Below are positions 7,964 to 17,340 of a stretch of 64,000 nucleotides of DNA, piece after piece (positions within the stretch are counted from its first letter, which is position 1; each line of letters begins with the position of its first letter). The DNA comes from an uncultured bacterium (GTDB taxonomy: Bacteria; Acidobacteriota; Thermoanaerobaculia; Multivoradales; JAHZIX01), in NCBI GenBank assembly GCA_965368975.1, contig CBDUPA010000005.1:96001-160000 (forward strand), in the 5' to 3' direction. Made by a program: the position numbers and the translations under genes. Under the pieces are notes generated by a model that had not been told where the DNA came from, did not search any database, and was given only the letters and a program-made list of their open reading frames with translations.

Positions 7964-10665
7964 AAGCCAACGACGTTCGCCAAAGCTTCCTCGACTACTT
8001 CGCCGACCGAGGCCACCGCCGGGCCGACAGCGCGCCGCTGGTGCCGCAAGACGACCCCACCCTGTTGTTTGTCAACGCAGGCATGGTGCCGTTCAAGAAC
8101 CAGTTCCTCGGCCGCGAGACGCCCGAGAGTCCGCGTGCCGTCAGTTGTCAGCGCTGCTTGCGCGTTTCCGGCAAGCACAACGACCTCGAGAACGTTGGTC
8201 CGAGTGCGCGACACCACACCTTCTTCGAGATGCTCGGCAACTTCTCGTTCGGTGACTACTTCAAGGAAGACGCCATTCGCTTTGGCTGGGAGTTGGTTAC
8301 CGAGGGGTATGGTCTGCCGCCGTCGCGCCTCTTCGCCACCGTCTTCCGCGAGGACGACGAAGCGTGGAATCTGTGGTCCAAGATCTCCACTCTGCCCGAC
8401 GAGCGCATCCTGCGTTGCGGCGAGAAGGACAACTTCTGGGCCATGGGGGACACCGGTCCCTGCGGACCGTGCAGCGAGATCTTCGTCGACCTCTACCCGG
8501 ATCGCCCCCTCGTCGACTGGGAGGAGGGGGACCGCACGGGTCGCTATCTGGAGATCTGGAACCTGGTCTTCATGCAGTTCGAGCGCGGCGACGACGGCGA
8601 GCTGCGCGATCTGCCCAATCCCTCAATTGACACGGGTGCTGGCGTCGAGCGCATCGCTTCGGTGCTGCAAGGGGTGCGGTCGAACTACCACACCGACCTG
8701 TTCCAGCCCATCCTGCGCGCCGCTGCCGAGCTGGCTGGCACGCGTTACGGTGGCATCAGCTCCGGAGCGGCCAGTTCCGGCGGGAGCAGCGACGCTGACG
8801 TCTCGCTGCACGTCATCGCCGACCATCTGCGGGCTGTCAACTTCCTGCTTGCCGACGGCGTCATTCCCGGCAATGAAGGTCGCGGCTACGTATTGCGTCG
8901 CATCCTGCGCCGTGCGCTGCGCCACGGTTTGCGCTTAGGGCTGGAAGAGCCCTTCCTGTACCGTCTCGGCCCCGTGCTCGAAGAGGTGATGGGGGCCACC
9001 AATCCACAGCTCGCCGCTACCCGCGACGCCAACGCCGCGACCGTCCAGGCCGAGGAAGAGAAGTTTCTCGCTACCCTCGCCAGTGGCTCCAGCCACATGC
9101 AAGCCGAGATCGAAGCCGCGCGCGGCCGCGGCGACCGTCAGCTGAGTGGGGCCGTCGTGTTCCAGCTCTACGACACGCACGGCCTGCCGCTGGAAGTGAT
9201 CCGTGAGATCGCTGAAGAAGAGCGCATGCAACTCGACGACGCCGGCTACGAAGTCGAACTCGAGAAACAGCGCACGCGCTCGCGCCAGGCCACCGGCGAA
9301 GGCCAGAAAAAGTTGCTCGCCTTACAGCAAGTACTGGCCGGCGGCGAAGAGGCCACCGTCACGCCTTTCGACGGCTATGCGCACACCGCCAAGCCCGGCG
9401 TGCGCGTCGAGCGTCTGGCGCGTCTGGGCGAGATCGCCGAGGCCGTCGACGTGTTGCGAGCCGGAGAGAGCGGTGCCGCAGTGCTCGCCGAGACGGTCTT
9501 CTACGCTGAATCCGGTGGCCAGGTGGCGGATGTCGGTGAGCTCCGCTGGCCAGGAGATGGTGCCACGGTCTGTCGTGCCACGGTCAGCGACGTGCAGAAG
9601 AATGCCGCCGGAACCTTCTTCCACCTGATCACCGTCGAGGAAGGGGAACTGCGCGCCGGCAGCCAGGTCGACCTGCACGTCGACGCCGCCCGCCGCCGCG
9701 CCACCGAGCGCAACCACACCGCGACGCACCTGCTGCACGCCGTGCTGCGCGACATCCTCGGCCCCAGTGTCCGCCAAGCCGGTTCCCTGGTCGCCCCCGA
9801 CCGCCTCCGCTTCGACTTCACCTGCCCGCGGCCCGTCACCCCCGAGCAGCGAGACGAGATCGAGCAGAAGGTCAACCACTGGGTGCTCGAAGCCGTCGAT
9901 ACGCAGACCACCTGGCGCGACCGCGAGGAAGCCATCCAGGGTGGCGCCATGGCCCTGTTCGGCGAGAAGTACGGCGACCGAGTGCGCACCGTCGAGATTC
10001 CAGGCATCAGCCTCGAATTGTGCGGTGGTTGCCACGTCACCAACACCGGCCAGATCGGTCCGGCCGTCGTCACCGCCGAGCGCGGTATTGCTTCCGGCGT
10101 GCGCCGTATCGAAGCCGTTACTGGTGCTGGTGCTCTCGATCTCCTGCGCGAGCGTCAGCAGCGCCTCGACGCCGTCGCCGAAGCTCTGGGCACGACCCCG
10201 GAGCGCGCCGTCGACGAAGTGGGACGCCTGCGCAAGGAACTCAAGGAGCGCGACGCCGAACTTGCCAAGCTACGTATGGAACTCGTCTCCGGTGCCGCTT
10301 CCGGCGGTCAAGACGATGGGGGCAGCGAGATCGACGGCATTTCCGTCATGGTCAAGGAAGTGCCTCCTGCCCCCGTCAACGAGCTGCGCAACATGGCCGA
10401 TACCCTGCGCTCGAAGCAGGGCTCCGGCGTCGTTGTTCTTGGCACTGGCGCCGAGGGCAAGGTGACCCTGATCGTCAGCGTCAGCAAAGACCTGGCCGGC
10501 AAGAAGGTGCACGCCGGCAACCTGGTCAAGGCTCTCGCCGGTGCCGTCGGCGGCGGTGGCGGCGGCCGTCCCGACTTCGCGCAGGCCGGCGGCAAGCAGG
10601 TCGAGAAGTTGCCGGACGCGTTGGCGTCCGTGCCGGACCTGGTGCGCGCGCAGCTGGCTGGTTGA
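7960..10665 (+). CDS. alaS: Alanine--tRNA ligase
   Basis: DPTLLFVNAGM, HHTFFEMLGNFSFGDYFK, editing motifs HTATHLLH and ELCGGCH, C-Ala GGGGGGRPDFAQAGG. Confidence 0.98.
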   Translation: MKANDVRQSFLDYFADRGHRRADSAPLVPQDDPTLLFVNAGMVPFKNQFLGRETPESPRAVSCQRCLRVSGKHNDLENVGPSARHHTFFEMLGNFSFGDYFKEDAIRFGWELVTEGYGLPPSRLFATVFREDDEAWNLWSKISTLPDERILRCGEKDNFWAMGDTGPCGPCSEIFVDLYPDRPLVDWEEGDRTGRYLEIWNLVFMQFERGDDGELRDLPNPSIDTGAGVERIASVLQGVRSNYHTDLFQPILRAAAELAGTRYGGISSGAASSGGSSDADVSLHVIADHLRAVNFLLADGVIPGNEGRGYVLRRILRRALRHGLRLGLEEPFLYRLGPVLEEVMGATNPQLAATRDANAATVQAEEEKFLATLASGSSHMQAEIEAARGRGDRQLSGAVVFQLYDTHGLPLEVIREIAEEERMQLDDAGYEVELEKQRTRSRQATGEGQKKLLALQQVLAGGEEATVTPFDGYAHTAKPGVRVERLARLGEIAEAVDVLRAGESGAAVLAETVFYAESGGQVADVGELRWPGDGATVCRATVSDVQKNAAGTFFHLITVEEGELRAGSQVDLHVDAARRRATERNHTATHLLHAVLRDILGPSVRQAGSLVAPDRLRFDFTCPRPVTPEQRDEIEQKVNHWVLEAVDTQTTWRDREEAIQGGAMALFGEKYGDRVRTVEIPGISLELCGGCHVTNTGQIGPAVVTAERGIASGVRRIEAVTGAGALDLLRERQQRLDAVAEALGTTPERAVDEVGRLRKELKERDAELAKLRMELVSGAASGGQDDGGSEIDGISVMVKEVPPAPVNELRNMADTLRSKQGSGVVVLGTGAEGKVTLIVSVSKDLAGKKVHAGNLVKALAGAVGGGGGGRPDFAQAGGKQVEKLPDALASVPDLVRAQLAG

Positions 10666-10708
10666 GCGTTGAGTTGGTCGGCAATCGCTGGCGCCTCGCG
10701 GAATGGCC

Positions 10709-10745
10709 TCTGATCTGGGTAGCGGCGGCCCCATGTGGCCCCCCT
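10709..10745 (+). repeat. REP-like palindromic element (GTAG type)
   Basis: TCTGATCTGG-GTAG-CGGCGGCCCCATGTGGCCCCCCT, similar to 58-95; lies between convergent alaS and the next gene. Confidence 0.6.
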
Positions 10746-10751
10746 CCAGGG

Positions 10752-11162
10752 TCAGCTCAGGTAGCCGAATTTGGCCAGCGTGGCGATGATGACCGTCAGT
10801 AGCAGCGCCAGGTGAAAAGGCCAGAGCGTTCTGGACACGACGGTACCTAGATACCAGCCAGCATCTATGTATCGTGTGTCCATCTCGAACTCGATCTCCT
10901 TCTCGCTACGTTTCCGGACCACGTCCCAAAACTTTCGAAACCTCTTTTCCTGGTGCAGGAAGTAGGCGTCCAGAAACCAGAAGATCACGGCGGGTAGAAA
11001 GGCGATGGGCATCAGCCACTTGTTGCCGTGCTCGGAGGCTGAGAGAGCCAAGATCGCTGCGATCAAGGTGACCGACCAGCCCTTGATCAGGAACGAATTC
11101 CCGGCCATGCGGGTGATGATGGCCTGAATGAACTCCAAGTGCTTGATCTTGTTTGTGCCCAT
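10752..11162 (-). CDS. Small integral membrane protein (about 3 TM), unknown function
   Basis: 136 aa; KHLEFIQAIITRMAGNSFLIKGW N-terminus, FWFLDAYFL.QE.RFR, hydrophobic segments; lower GC than flanks. Confidence 0.8.
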   Translation of the reverse strand: MGTNKIKHLEFIQAIITRMAGNSFLIKGWSVTLIAAILALSASEHGNKWLMPIAFLPAVIFWFLDAYFLHQEKRFRKFWDVVRKRSEKEIEFEMDTRYIDAGWYLGTVVSRTLWPFHLALLLTVIIATLAKFGYLS

Positions 11163-11335
11163 TTCTCACTTCCTGAATTATCTTGCTGAACACAGTGTAG
11201 CTCGGGTGGGTCTAAAATCTACGATGGAGTAGATTCATCGGCGTAGATCACGCATTACATGGGAAAAACGTGATGATGATCACGTAACTGCTGTGAAAAA
11301 TTGGCGCGTCCCCGCTTTTATGGTACATATTCGGT

Positions 11336-12649
11336 GTGGAACGCAGACTTTACTCCGACCTGACTGCCTGGAAGACTTCGCGACGTCGAAAGCCGCTGTT
11401 GCTGCGAGGAGCCAGGCAAACGGGCAAGACCTTTCTGCTGCGTCAATTCGGGGAGCGTGAGTACGATCACGTCGCTTACTGCAACTTCGAGGCAGACCCT
11501 GGGCTCGACAGCTTCTTCCGCCGGGATTTGAATCCGCAACGTATTGTGTCCCAGCTTGCGCTGTACAAAGGTTTTGAGCTGCGGCCCGAGAAAGACCTCT
11601 TGGTCCTGGACGAGATTCAGAACTCGAATGCTGCTCTGAACTCGCTCAAGTATTTCCAGGAACAGGCCAACGACTACCACATTGTGGCCGCTGGTTCTCT
11701 GCTAGGTGTCCAGTTGTCGCGTCCAGGTTCCTTTCCGGTGGGCAAAGTCAGCTTTCTGGATCTCCATCCGATGAACTTTGCCGAGTTCTTGGAAGCGATG
11801 GGGAAGGCCCAGTACGTGCAGATGCTTGGCACTGTCGAGATGGAGCCGCTGCCGGAGCCCATTCACCTGGAGCTTCTAGATCTCTTGCGGCAGTACTACT
11901 TCACGGGTGGCATGCCGGAGGCGGTGAAGGTCCATGTCGAGAGTCGGGATTCGCGAGAAGTACGGATAGTCCAGCGAGAGATCCTGGATTCCTATGAACT
12001 GGACTTTGCCAAGCATGCACCGTCGACCGATATCCCCAAGCTCGGCCTGGTCTGGGATTCTCTGCCACGGCACTTGGCCAAAGAAAACAAGAAGTTCATG
12101 TTCTCAGTGGTCAAGAAGGGCGCCCGAGCTAGAGAGTATGAGAATGCGCTCAGGTGGCTGGCGGATACTGGCCTGATTCACTTGTGCCATGCGGTGGAGA
12201 CGGGACGTACCCCTCTGGCGCACTATGCGGATCACAGCTGCTTCAAAGTTTACGCTGTGGATATCGGGCTTCTCGGTGCAATGGTGGGAGTGGCCCCGGA
12301 GTTGACCGTGGAGGCTGAGCGCCTCTTCACCGAGTATCGAGGAGCTCTGGCCGAGAACTATGTCGCGCAGCAACTGGTTGCCGCCGGCTGCGACAAGCTC
12401 TACTACTGGCGGAGTGCCGGAGGCATGGCCGAATTGGATTTTATGTTAGAGCGAGGAGCGCAAGTCGTGCCGGTCGAAGTGAAGGCTGGCGTGAATCCGC
12501 GCAGCAAAAGTCTGCAGTCATACGATCAGCAATTCGATCCCCCGCAGCTCTTGCGTACCAACCTGTTGAACCTCAAGAATGACGGCAAGATTTGCAATGT
12601 TCCGCTCTATGCCGTGTCCTGGGTGACTCGACTTCTCGACTCTGTATGA
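11336..12649 (+). CDS. AAA_14-type ATPase with C-terminal DUF4143 (PD-(D/E)XK-like) domain
   Basis: Walker A GARQTGKT, Walker B LDEIQ, GGMPE, C-terminal ELDF..PVEVK. Confidence 0.9.
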   Translation: MERRLYSDLTAWKTSRRRKPLLLRGARQTGKTFLLRQFGEREYDHVAYCNFEADPGLDSFFRRDLNPQRIVSQLALYKGFELRPEKDLLVLDEIQNSNAALNSLKYFQEQANDYHIVAAGSLLGVQLSRPGSFPVGKVSFLDLHPMNFAEFLEAMGKAQYVQMLGTVEMEPLPEPIHLELLDLLRQYYFTGGMPEAVKVHVESRDSREVRIVQREILDSYELDFAKHAPSTDIPKLGLVWDSLPRHLAKENKKFMFSVVKKGARAREYENALRWLADTGLIHLCHAVETGRTPLAHYADHSCFKVYAVDIGLLGAMVGVAPELTVEAERLFTEYRGALAENYVAQQLVAAGCDKLYYWRSAGGMAELDFMLERGAQVVPVEVKAGVNPRSKSLQSYDQQFDPPQLLRTNLLNLKNDGKICNVPLYAVSWVTRLLDSV

Positions 12650-12674
12650 GCTGAAGCTTGTCTGAGCTAGCGTC

Positions 12675-15047
12675 TTACGGAGGATTGCTCGGATTGGTCC
12701 CTGGAACGGCTGCACCGCTGCTGCGCGCGCGGTTCGCGCGAGTGCTCGCGGTGACGACCCCTGATTCCGCGACCACAGGTTCGCGTTCGGAGAGCTGGTC
12801 CGTCAGGTCGTGGTACTCGGCGAGGGAAGTCAGGACTTTACGCACGTAGTTACGTGTCTCGCGGAAGCTGACCTTGGTGTAGAACTCTTCCGGCTCGTCG
12901 CTGAAGCAGTGGCCGATCCACAGGCGCGTCTGCTCGACACCGGCGTTGTAGGCCGCGACAGCGAAGTGCTGCTCACCCTGGAACTCTTGCAGGAGCTCGG
13001 AGAGATAGGCCGCGCCGAGGTGGATCGAGATACCCGGGTCGTAGAGCGCGTCGGGGGCGATACGGCCGAGGCCGTTGTTGCGCGCGACGCGGCGGGCGGT
13101 GGGGAGGGTGAACTGGGCGAGACCACGGGCGGCGGCGCCGGAGAGGGCGTCGGCGTCGAAGCGGCTCTCTTCGCGGATGATGGCTCGCAGCAGGTTCGGA
13201 TCGATCTGGAACTCGGCGCTCTGCGCCTCGATCTGCTCTCGGTAGGCGTCCGGGAAGAGCAGACGGCGGAACGGTGTCGGCAGCATGCGCGCGGGAACGC
13301 GAGTCGGGATGCCTTCGTTCAGCGTCTCGGCATGGAGAAGGGAGCGACGCAGCTCTCCAGCGCGTTGCAGCAGTGTCGCACCGGTCAGGGCCAACGAAGG
13401 CTCACGGATGGGAAAGTGCCGCGGAATCGCTGCGGCGCCTTCGCGCCACAGGCCCAATCCGAGCAGCAACTCGTCCGGACGCCGCAGCGGCAGCTGCCAC
13501 AGCGGCCACTCTTCGACCGCCACCTGGGTCATGGTGAGGTAGTCGGCAGTGCGGTCTTCCGCCAGCAGAGCGGCGCGCAGGCGGTCGGCAACGGCGCCTT
13601 CCTGAGGGCTACCAGCGAGCAGGAGCCAGGCGCGGTACAGGTCCTCGGTGGTGCTGCGCTGGGCGAGACGTCGTCCTTCCGCGCGTGCGATGTCGACCAG
13701 TGGGTCGCTGGCCAGGCGGTCTCGAGCACCCAAGGAAAGGGGGTGGAAAGGAGACTCGACGAGGGTTCGGAGGTAAGCCTGGACGGCGCGCTGTGGTTCG
13801 CCTTGCAGCTCAGCGAGGCGGCCGCGCCAGTAGGAGAGTTCGAGTTGCTCACGGCTGCGTGCGTCGACTTCCTGCAGCCAGTGTCCGGCGCGGTCGGAGC
13901 GGCCCCGTACGAGATCGGAGGAAGCCAGGAAGAGCCCCGCGAGCACAGCCATGCGTCGCTCACGCGGGCGTGTCTTGAGCAGTTCGTAGAGTTCTAGCGC
14001 ATCGTCTTCCTGTCCGGCCCGCCACTCCAGTCGCAAGGCGGAGAGCAGCGCTGCACCGGCCCAGTCGCCACTGGGTTCCTCGTTGTAGGCCGTGCGAAAG
14101 GCGTCGGAGGCCTTCTGCCAGTTGCGCATCAGCTCGAAGCAACGGCCCTGTTGGAAGCGTGCCTGGGCCCGGTATTCGGCCCGGTGCGTCGACGTGGCCA
14201 GCTCCTCGAAGTGCTCGGCAGCCTGCACATAGTTGTTGACCCAGAAGTAGCTGCGAGCGATGGCATAGCGGGCGTCGAAGCGCTGGCGAGCGGTCAACTG
14301 TTCTTCCTGGCGTAGGGCTTGGCGCAGTGCGCTGACGGCGCGCCGGAATTCGCGGTGCTGGTGGAAGGTGAGCCCAACCAGCAGGGGGACTTCGGCTTCG
14401 ACTTCCTGATGGGGCAGAAGCTGCAACAGGCTGACCGCCGCCTCGCGGGCGACGTCGTCGCTGCGCCTTTCGCGGAGCAGGTCCACCAACAGTTCGAAGC
14501 CATCTTGCGGACGGCTGAGGCGCAGGGCGCACCAGGCCCGGATAAGAGTCAGGTGGCGCCGGTGGTTCTCGGCGAACTGGCGGCCATGAAGGTTGTGCAC
14601 CACTCTGCAGTCGCCACCCTGGCGCAGCGTCAAGTGCAGAAGCGGAACCGCGCGGGGTACCAGGTCCGTCGGCGGATCAGAGCCGAGCAGGCCGGCGACC
14701 AGGCCGGCTGCCACCTCGGGGTGGCGCTGCGACGTCTCCAGGTGGGCGATCCGGTAGCGGCTGTAGGGGGTCAGGGTCGGTGCAAAGTCGCGGGCGGCGG
14801 TGAAGGCGCGGGCGGCGTCGCGCGGGCGGTGCGCTTCAGCGAAGAGGTGGCCTTGCAGGTAGGGGATGCCGAGTTGCCTCGCCAGCGGCGCGTTGTCGCT
14901 CAGCAGTCGCGCCGTCTCTCGCAGCAGGGCTTCCTGGTTGCCCTCGAGGTGGAGCTCAGCGAGGTGCGGTCGCGGGTCGTCGCCAGGTGCCGCGGGAGCG
15001 TTGAGCAGCAGAGTCAGGAGGAGGGTTGAGGAGCTGAACACTGGCAT
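12675..15047 (-). CDS. Soluble lytic murein transglycosylase with TPR repeats (Slt70-like)
   Basis: Signal peptide, TPR helices, C-terminal SLT motifs IREESRF, ARGLAQ, AAYNAG, ETRNYVRKV. Confidence 0.9.
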   Translation of the reverse strand: MPVFSSSTLLLTLLLNAPAAPGDDPRPHLAELHLEGNQEALLRETARLLSDNAPLARQLGIPYLQGHLFAEAHRPRDAARAFTAARDFAPTLTPYSRYRIAHLETSQRHPEVAAGLVAGLLGSDPPTDLVPRAVPLLHLTLRQGGDCRVVHNLHGRQFAENHRRHLTLIRAWCALRLSRPQDGFELLVDLLRERRSDDVAREAAVSLLQLLPHQEVEAEVPLLVGLTFHQHREFRRAVSALRQALRQEEQLTARQRFDARYAIARSYFWVNNYVQAAEHFEELATSTHRAEYRAQARFQQGRCFELMRNWQKASDAFRTAYNEEPSGDWAGAALLSALRLEWRAGQEDDALELYELLKTRPRERRMAVLAGLFLASSDLVRGRSDRAGHWLQEVDARSREQLELSYWRGRLAELQGEPQRAVQAYLRTLVESPFHPLSLGARDRLASDPLVDIARAEGRRLAQRSTTEDLYRAWLLLAGSPQEGAVADRLRAALLAEDRTADYLTMTQVAVEEWPLWQLPLRRPDELLLGLGLWREGAAAIPRHFPIREPSLALTGATLLQRAGELRRSLLHAETLNEGIPTRVPARMLPTPFRRLLFPDAYREQIEAQSAEFQIDPNLLRAIIREESRFDADALSGAAARGLAQFTLPTARRVARNNGLGRIAPDALYDPGISIHLGAAYLSELLQEFQGEQHFAVAAYNAGVEQTRLWIGHCFSDEPEEFYTKVSFRETRNYVRKVLTSLAEYHDLTDQLSEREPVVAESGVVTASTRANRARSSGAAVPGTNPSNPP

Positions 15048-15120
15048 CGCGGATCGGGTCCACCTTTCGGAGGCTGCCGTGGAAGTTCTGGTCGACGAGA
15101 CAGCCCGTCGAGCCGAGCCG

Positions 15121-16392
15121 TCAAGCCGAGTCCGGGTGTCGCTCTACCCGGGCCCCTAGAGCATGCAATTTCAGTTCCATCTGCTCATAGCCACGATCCA
15201 AGTGGTAGATGCGGTGGACGATCGTCTCGCCATGTGCCACCAAGCCGGCCAGCACCAGACAAGCCGAGGCACGCAGGTCGGTCGCCATGACGTGCGCGCC
15301 GGACAGCTGGGTTGGTCCGTGGACTCTGGCGTAGCGGCCGTCCAGCTGAATGTCCGCGCCCATGCGCACGAGTTCGGGCACGTGCTGGAAGCGGTTTTCG
15401 AAGACGGTCTCGCAGATCGTCGCTTGACCCTGAGCGTGGGTCATCAGCGCCAGGTACTGTGCTTGTAGGTCGGTCGGGAAGCCGGGATGCGGCGAGGTGA
15501 CGATGTCGCGCGCGTGAACCTCGAGGCCGCCGCGGACACGGATGTGGTTGACACCCGTCTCGACCTCGGCGCCGGTTTCGGCCAGTTTCTCCAGCAGGGG
15601 CGCCAGATCGGCAGGCGCTGTGTCTTCGAGGCACACGTCACCTCCGGTGAGGACGGCTCCGATCAGGTAGGTCCCACCCTCGATCCGATCGGGAATGACT
15701 CGGTGTTCGGCACCGTGCAGGGAGTCGACTCCCTCGATCTCGATACGCTCGCTGCCAGCGCCGTCGATCTTCGCGCCCATGGCGGTGAGCAACTTGCCGA
15801 GATCCTGGATTTCCGGCTCGCGGGCACAGTTCTCCAGCACCGTCGTACCCTTGGCCAGGCAGGCGGCCATCATCAGGTTCTCGGTGCCGGTCACGGTCGG
15901 CATCTGGAAGCGGAAGCGGGTGCCGCGCAGGCGGGCGGCACGGGCCTCGACGTAGCCGTGCTCCAGCTCGACCTCGGCCCCCATCGCTTCGAGGCCGGCC
16001 AGGTGCTGGTCGATCGGTCGCACGCCGATGGCGCAGCCGCCCGGCAGTGACACGCGCGCGTGGCCACGCCGGGTCAGCATCGGGCCGAGGGCGAGTACGC
16101 TGGCGCGCATGGTCTTGACCAGTTCGTAGGGGGCATCGTCCGGGGAGCCGTTACCGTGGGGGGACAACACCAGGGCGCCATCGTCGCGTTCGCCGCTGGC
16201 CACACACAGGTGGTCGAGCAGCTTGCGCAGGGTGCGCAGATCGCGTACCCGCGGCACGCGGTGCAGGATCAGAGCCGAATCGCCATCGAGCAGCAGACTG
16301 GCTGCGAGGGCGGGAAGGGCGGCGTTCTTGGCACCGCTAGCACGCACAGTGCCTTGCAGGCGGTTGGGACCCTGGATGCGAAAGACGTCCAC
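15121..16392 (-). CDS. murA: UDP-N-acetylglucosamine 1-carboxyvinyltransferase
   Basis: SGAKNAALP, LPGGCAIGVRP (active-site Cys), PGFPTDLQ, DLRASA, HLDRGY. Confidence 0.97.
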   Translation of the reverse strand: MDVFRIQGPNRLQGTVRASGAKNAALPALAASLLLDGDSALILHRVPRVRDLRTLRKLLDHLCVASGERDDGALVLSPHGNGSPDDAPYELVKTMRASVLALGPMLTRRGHARVSLPGGCAIGVRPIDQHLAGLEAMGAEVELEHGYVEARAARLRGTRFRFQMPTVTGTENLMMAACLAKGTTVLENCAREPEIQDLGKLLTAMGAKIDGAGSERIEIEGVDSLHGAEHRVIPDRIEGGTYLIGAVLTGGDVCLEDTAPADLAPLLEKLAETGAEVETGVNHIRVRGGLEVHARDIVTSPHPGFPTDLQAQYLALMTHAQGQATICETVFENRFQHVPELVRMGADIQLDGRYARVHGPTQLSGAHVMATDLRASACLVLAGLVAHGETIVHRIYHLDRGYEQMELKLHALGARVERHPDSA

Positions 16393-16483
16393 GCTGGCTC
16401 CTTGTTCGACGTGTGGTGTAGCAGACCGTTCAGCAGAAGTGCAGGAAGCAGAGGTTATACCGAAGCACGCTCGGGAGCATTAC

Positions 16484-17338
16484 TTACCACACCTGTCCGC
16501 GGGCGATCACGATGCGGCGAACTCCGGCGTAGTCGGCCAGAATGTCTTGCACCTCGACGCCGCTCTGGTCCGCCAGTTTGTGCACCAAGTCCGCCTGATC
16601 GTGACCGATCTCGAACAGGATCGAGGTCCCGGCGCGCAGTCGACGACTCAGTGCCAACAGGTCACGGATCACGCGTGTTCCGCAAGTGCTGGCAAAGAGG
16701 GCCGATGGCGGTTCGAAGGTGGTCACTTCGAGCGACAGCTCGGGTGTTGCTGCTGGGTCGATATAGGGCGGATTGCTCACCACCATGTCGACTCCGTGCA
16801 CGTCGACGCCCGCTGCCACGTCGGTGGCGATCCGCTGCACACGATCCAACACGCCATGCCGTCGGGCGTTGGCAGTGGTTACGGCAAGTGCGGCCGGTGA
16901 AATGTCCGTGGTCGTGACGCGTGCCCGCGGCAGTTCTGACGCCAGCGTCACTGCGACGCAGCCAGAGCCGGCACCGACATCGAGGATGTGTGGAGCCTCG
17001 GGCAAGTCGTGGCACCGCTCCAGGGCACTCTCGACCAGGTGTTCCGTTTCCGGCCGCGGGATCAACACCCGTGCGTCGACGAAGAAGTCACGACCATAGA
17101 ACTCGCGCTCTCCGAGCAGGTAGGCCACCGGTTCTCCCTGCAGACGTCGTTGCACGAGCGCCTCGAAGCGCTCCGCGACCGTTGCTGGCACTTCTCGATC
17201 GTCGCGGGCGAGGACCTGGGCCTCGCTCCAGTCCAGTAGTCGTCCAAGAAGCAGTGCCGCTTCGCGGGTCGAGGGCTGAAAGTGGGCTTGCCTCAGCCGC
17301 TGCCGTGCGTCGACGAGGAGGGCCGCTACGGTAGGCAT
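16484..17338 (-). CDS. prmC: Release factor glutamine methyltransferase
   Basis: GEPVAYLLG, LIPRPETE, DVGAGSG and NPPY motifs; start trimmed to ATG 17338, 2 nt after the upstream stop. Confidence 0.93.
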   Translation of the reverse strand: MPTVAALLVDARQRLRQAHFQPSTREAALLLGRLLDWSEAQVLARDDREVPATVAERFEALVQRRLQGEPVAYLLGEREFYGRDFFVDARVLIPRPETEHLVESALERCHDLPEAPHILDVGAGSGCVAVTLASELPRARVTTTDISPAALAVTTANARRHGVLDRVQRIATDVAAGVDVHGVDMVVSNPPYIDPAATPELSLEVTTFEPPSALFASTCGTRVIRDLLALSRRLRAGTSILFEIGHDQADLVHKLADQSGVEVQDILADYAGVRRIVIARGQVW

Positions 17339-17340
17339 GT

